From: Bispira polyomma
Lineage: Eukaryota
DNA: 64,000 nt
Direction: 5' to 3'
Assembly (NCBI GenBank): GCA_965649765.1
Contig: OZ287750.1
Span: 2,852,001-2,916,000, forward strand
Part shown: positions 62,534 to 64,000 of the stretch, one piece after another
How the letters are laid out: every line of letters begins with the position of its first letter
Position numbering within the stretch: position 1 is the first letter of the stretch
Notes under the pieces: model-generated
The model's input: only the letters and a program-made list of their open reading frames with translations
What the model was told of the DNA's origin: nothing
Databases searched by the model: none
Position numbers and translations under genes: made by a program

Positions 62534-64000
62534 ACATAGGATCAATTGCTTAAAAGCATGTGTAGGGTTTTTATATTGTAAACCCATCAGTCAATGTAGT
62601 TGTTTTAAGTAATTTTTTTTATATTCATAGAATGTGTAACCATTCTCTGACACGATTCATTTCACAGGCATATTATTGAATATTCAAAGTATGGCGTATT
62701 CACTGCTTCTGTAAAACCTTTAGCAATGAATATAAATCTTGGTGGCTGTGACCTTTTTAGTCTACAGTTTGAGCTAGCTGGGTTAATTGAAAACATATTT
62801 GTTAACAGGGACACATATATTACCTAGGTTATCAATAAGTAATGTGAGGTATAGATTTATAGAAGATATCGATTATTCAGAGAAATCTATATCTGTGCCC
62901 AATTGGAGGACAAGTTTTTTTTTAATGTTTGTATATGTCTTTATTTACATCTTTAATTAAGCATTATACTTGGTTCATGTGTAAGCTGTTTTAAAAGATC
63001 TTAAATTGTAAAAGCAAATTGAGATCCTATTACCAAGCAATCTAAGTATAATACTGTAATTATATATATGTTACTTGCCGTTTTGTGAGCGATAGCCATT
63101 TTAAAACGACCATGGTCATTTCGAAGCCTTTGCTAAGTTGTGAAATTGCTTGGCCATGGTATTATTGTTCTTAACTTGTAATGCACTTATGTTTCATATA
63201 ATATATTAAAAACCAAAGCCTATATTATTGCCAAATCTTTTCAGTTAATTAAAAAAATATAATGTAAATAATTGAAAGTTTTTCATGGAATTTAACCCTC
63301 AAAAAAAACAAAAAAAAATGTAAGCATTGTAAAATCTACTAAACAATTTGAACAAACACTGTTACATGTAAGTCATGCTGTAAACAGGTTACGTATTGTA
63401 GAATGAATTTCTAACCTAAAAATTACACTCGCTCCAGCCAACAGTAGATCCTGTAGAGTTTCCAGCATGGATTGAGATGACAAAGGTATATAACGTGTGG
63501 AGAGGTGCCTGTGCTGTATATCTAGTGTGGATTTTTGCGGTTGTATTCTAACCAATTAACCCTTTCAACCCGGCCTATGTTGTTAGCTAGCAGCCGATGT
63601 CATTGGTTACCGATGTCTGTTGGCAAGTGGTTGATACTCCCAAAATATTTTTTTGTTTTCCTTCACTAAAGCAGACTTCTCTGTTTACAAAATTATACAT
63701 GAGACTGTTATTTAAAGCCTAAAGTAATTTGTGGTGTGTTTTAGTGACTCCAACTATCTGTAACCAGTTACAATAAAATAGTTCCTTCAGTTCCCAGCGT
63801 TAGTTTTCTTGTGGTGTTGAAAGGGTTAATATTGTTCCCTGAGTTGTGTTACCAGAACACACACTCTGCCCAGCTTTTAACTGCATTTGTGTTGGGAATG
63901 ACAGCCACTATAAATGTTACATGGATTTAAATCCTAAGCATCAGTCACAAACACTATTTATCACAACTATAACAACCTAAAATATACAGAGTTTGGACTC

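Overview
AT-rich (roughly one-third GC), intron-rich animal genomic DNA, most likely a bilaterian invertebrate; the taxon cannot be fixed from sequence alone. Three spliced host genes can be rebuilt by hand. (1) A TMEM151-family membrane protein gene on + (core exons 21454-26416, probable upstream exons at 8055 and 3744, one GC-AG intron). (2) MRPS21 on - (two coding exons, 32073-29264), tail-to-tail with the TMEM151-like gene. (3) The 5' part of an RGS22 orthologue on + (exons 42352-60773, continuing past the window). The rest is dense in L2/CR1-clade LINE fragments, tRNA-derived SINEs, Harbinger- and Tc1-type MITEs, a 2.2-kb foldback element, a Helentron-like element and minisatellites. The most striking observation is in a ~3.4-kb L2-type LINE (~15950-19354). 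A ~400-nt patch of ORF2 (~18600-18990) is strongly A-depleted, and about 25 departures from conserved LINE residues are explained by A->G changes on the sense strand, with an ADAR-like neighbour bias. This looks like an A-to-I hyper-edited retrotransposon RNA that was reverse-transcribed and fixed in the genome. The same element carries a 2A-like motif. Two minisatellites have also grown out of real splice junctions, multiplying an acceptor (TMEM151-like) and a donor (RGS22).
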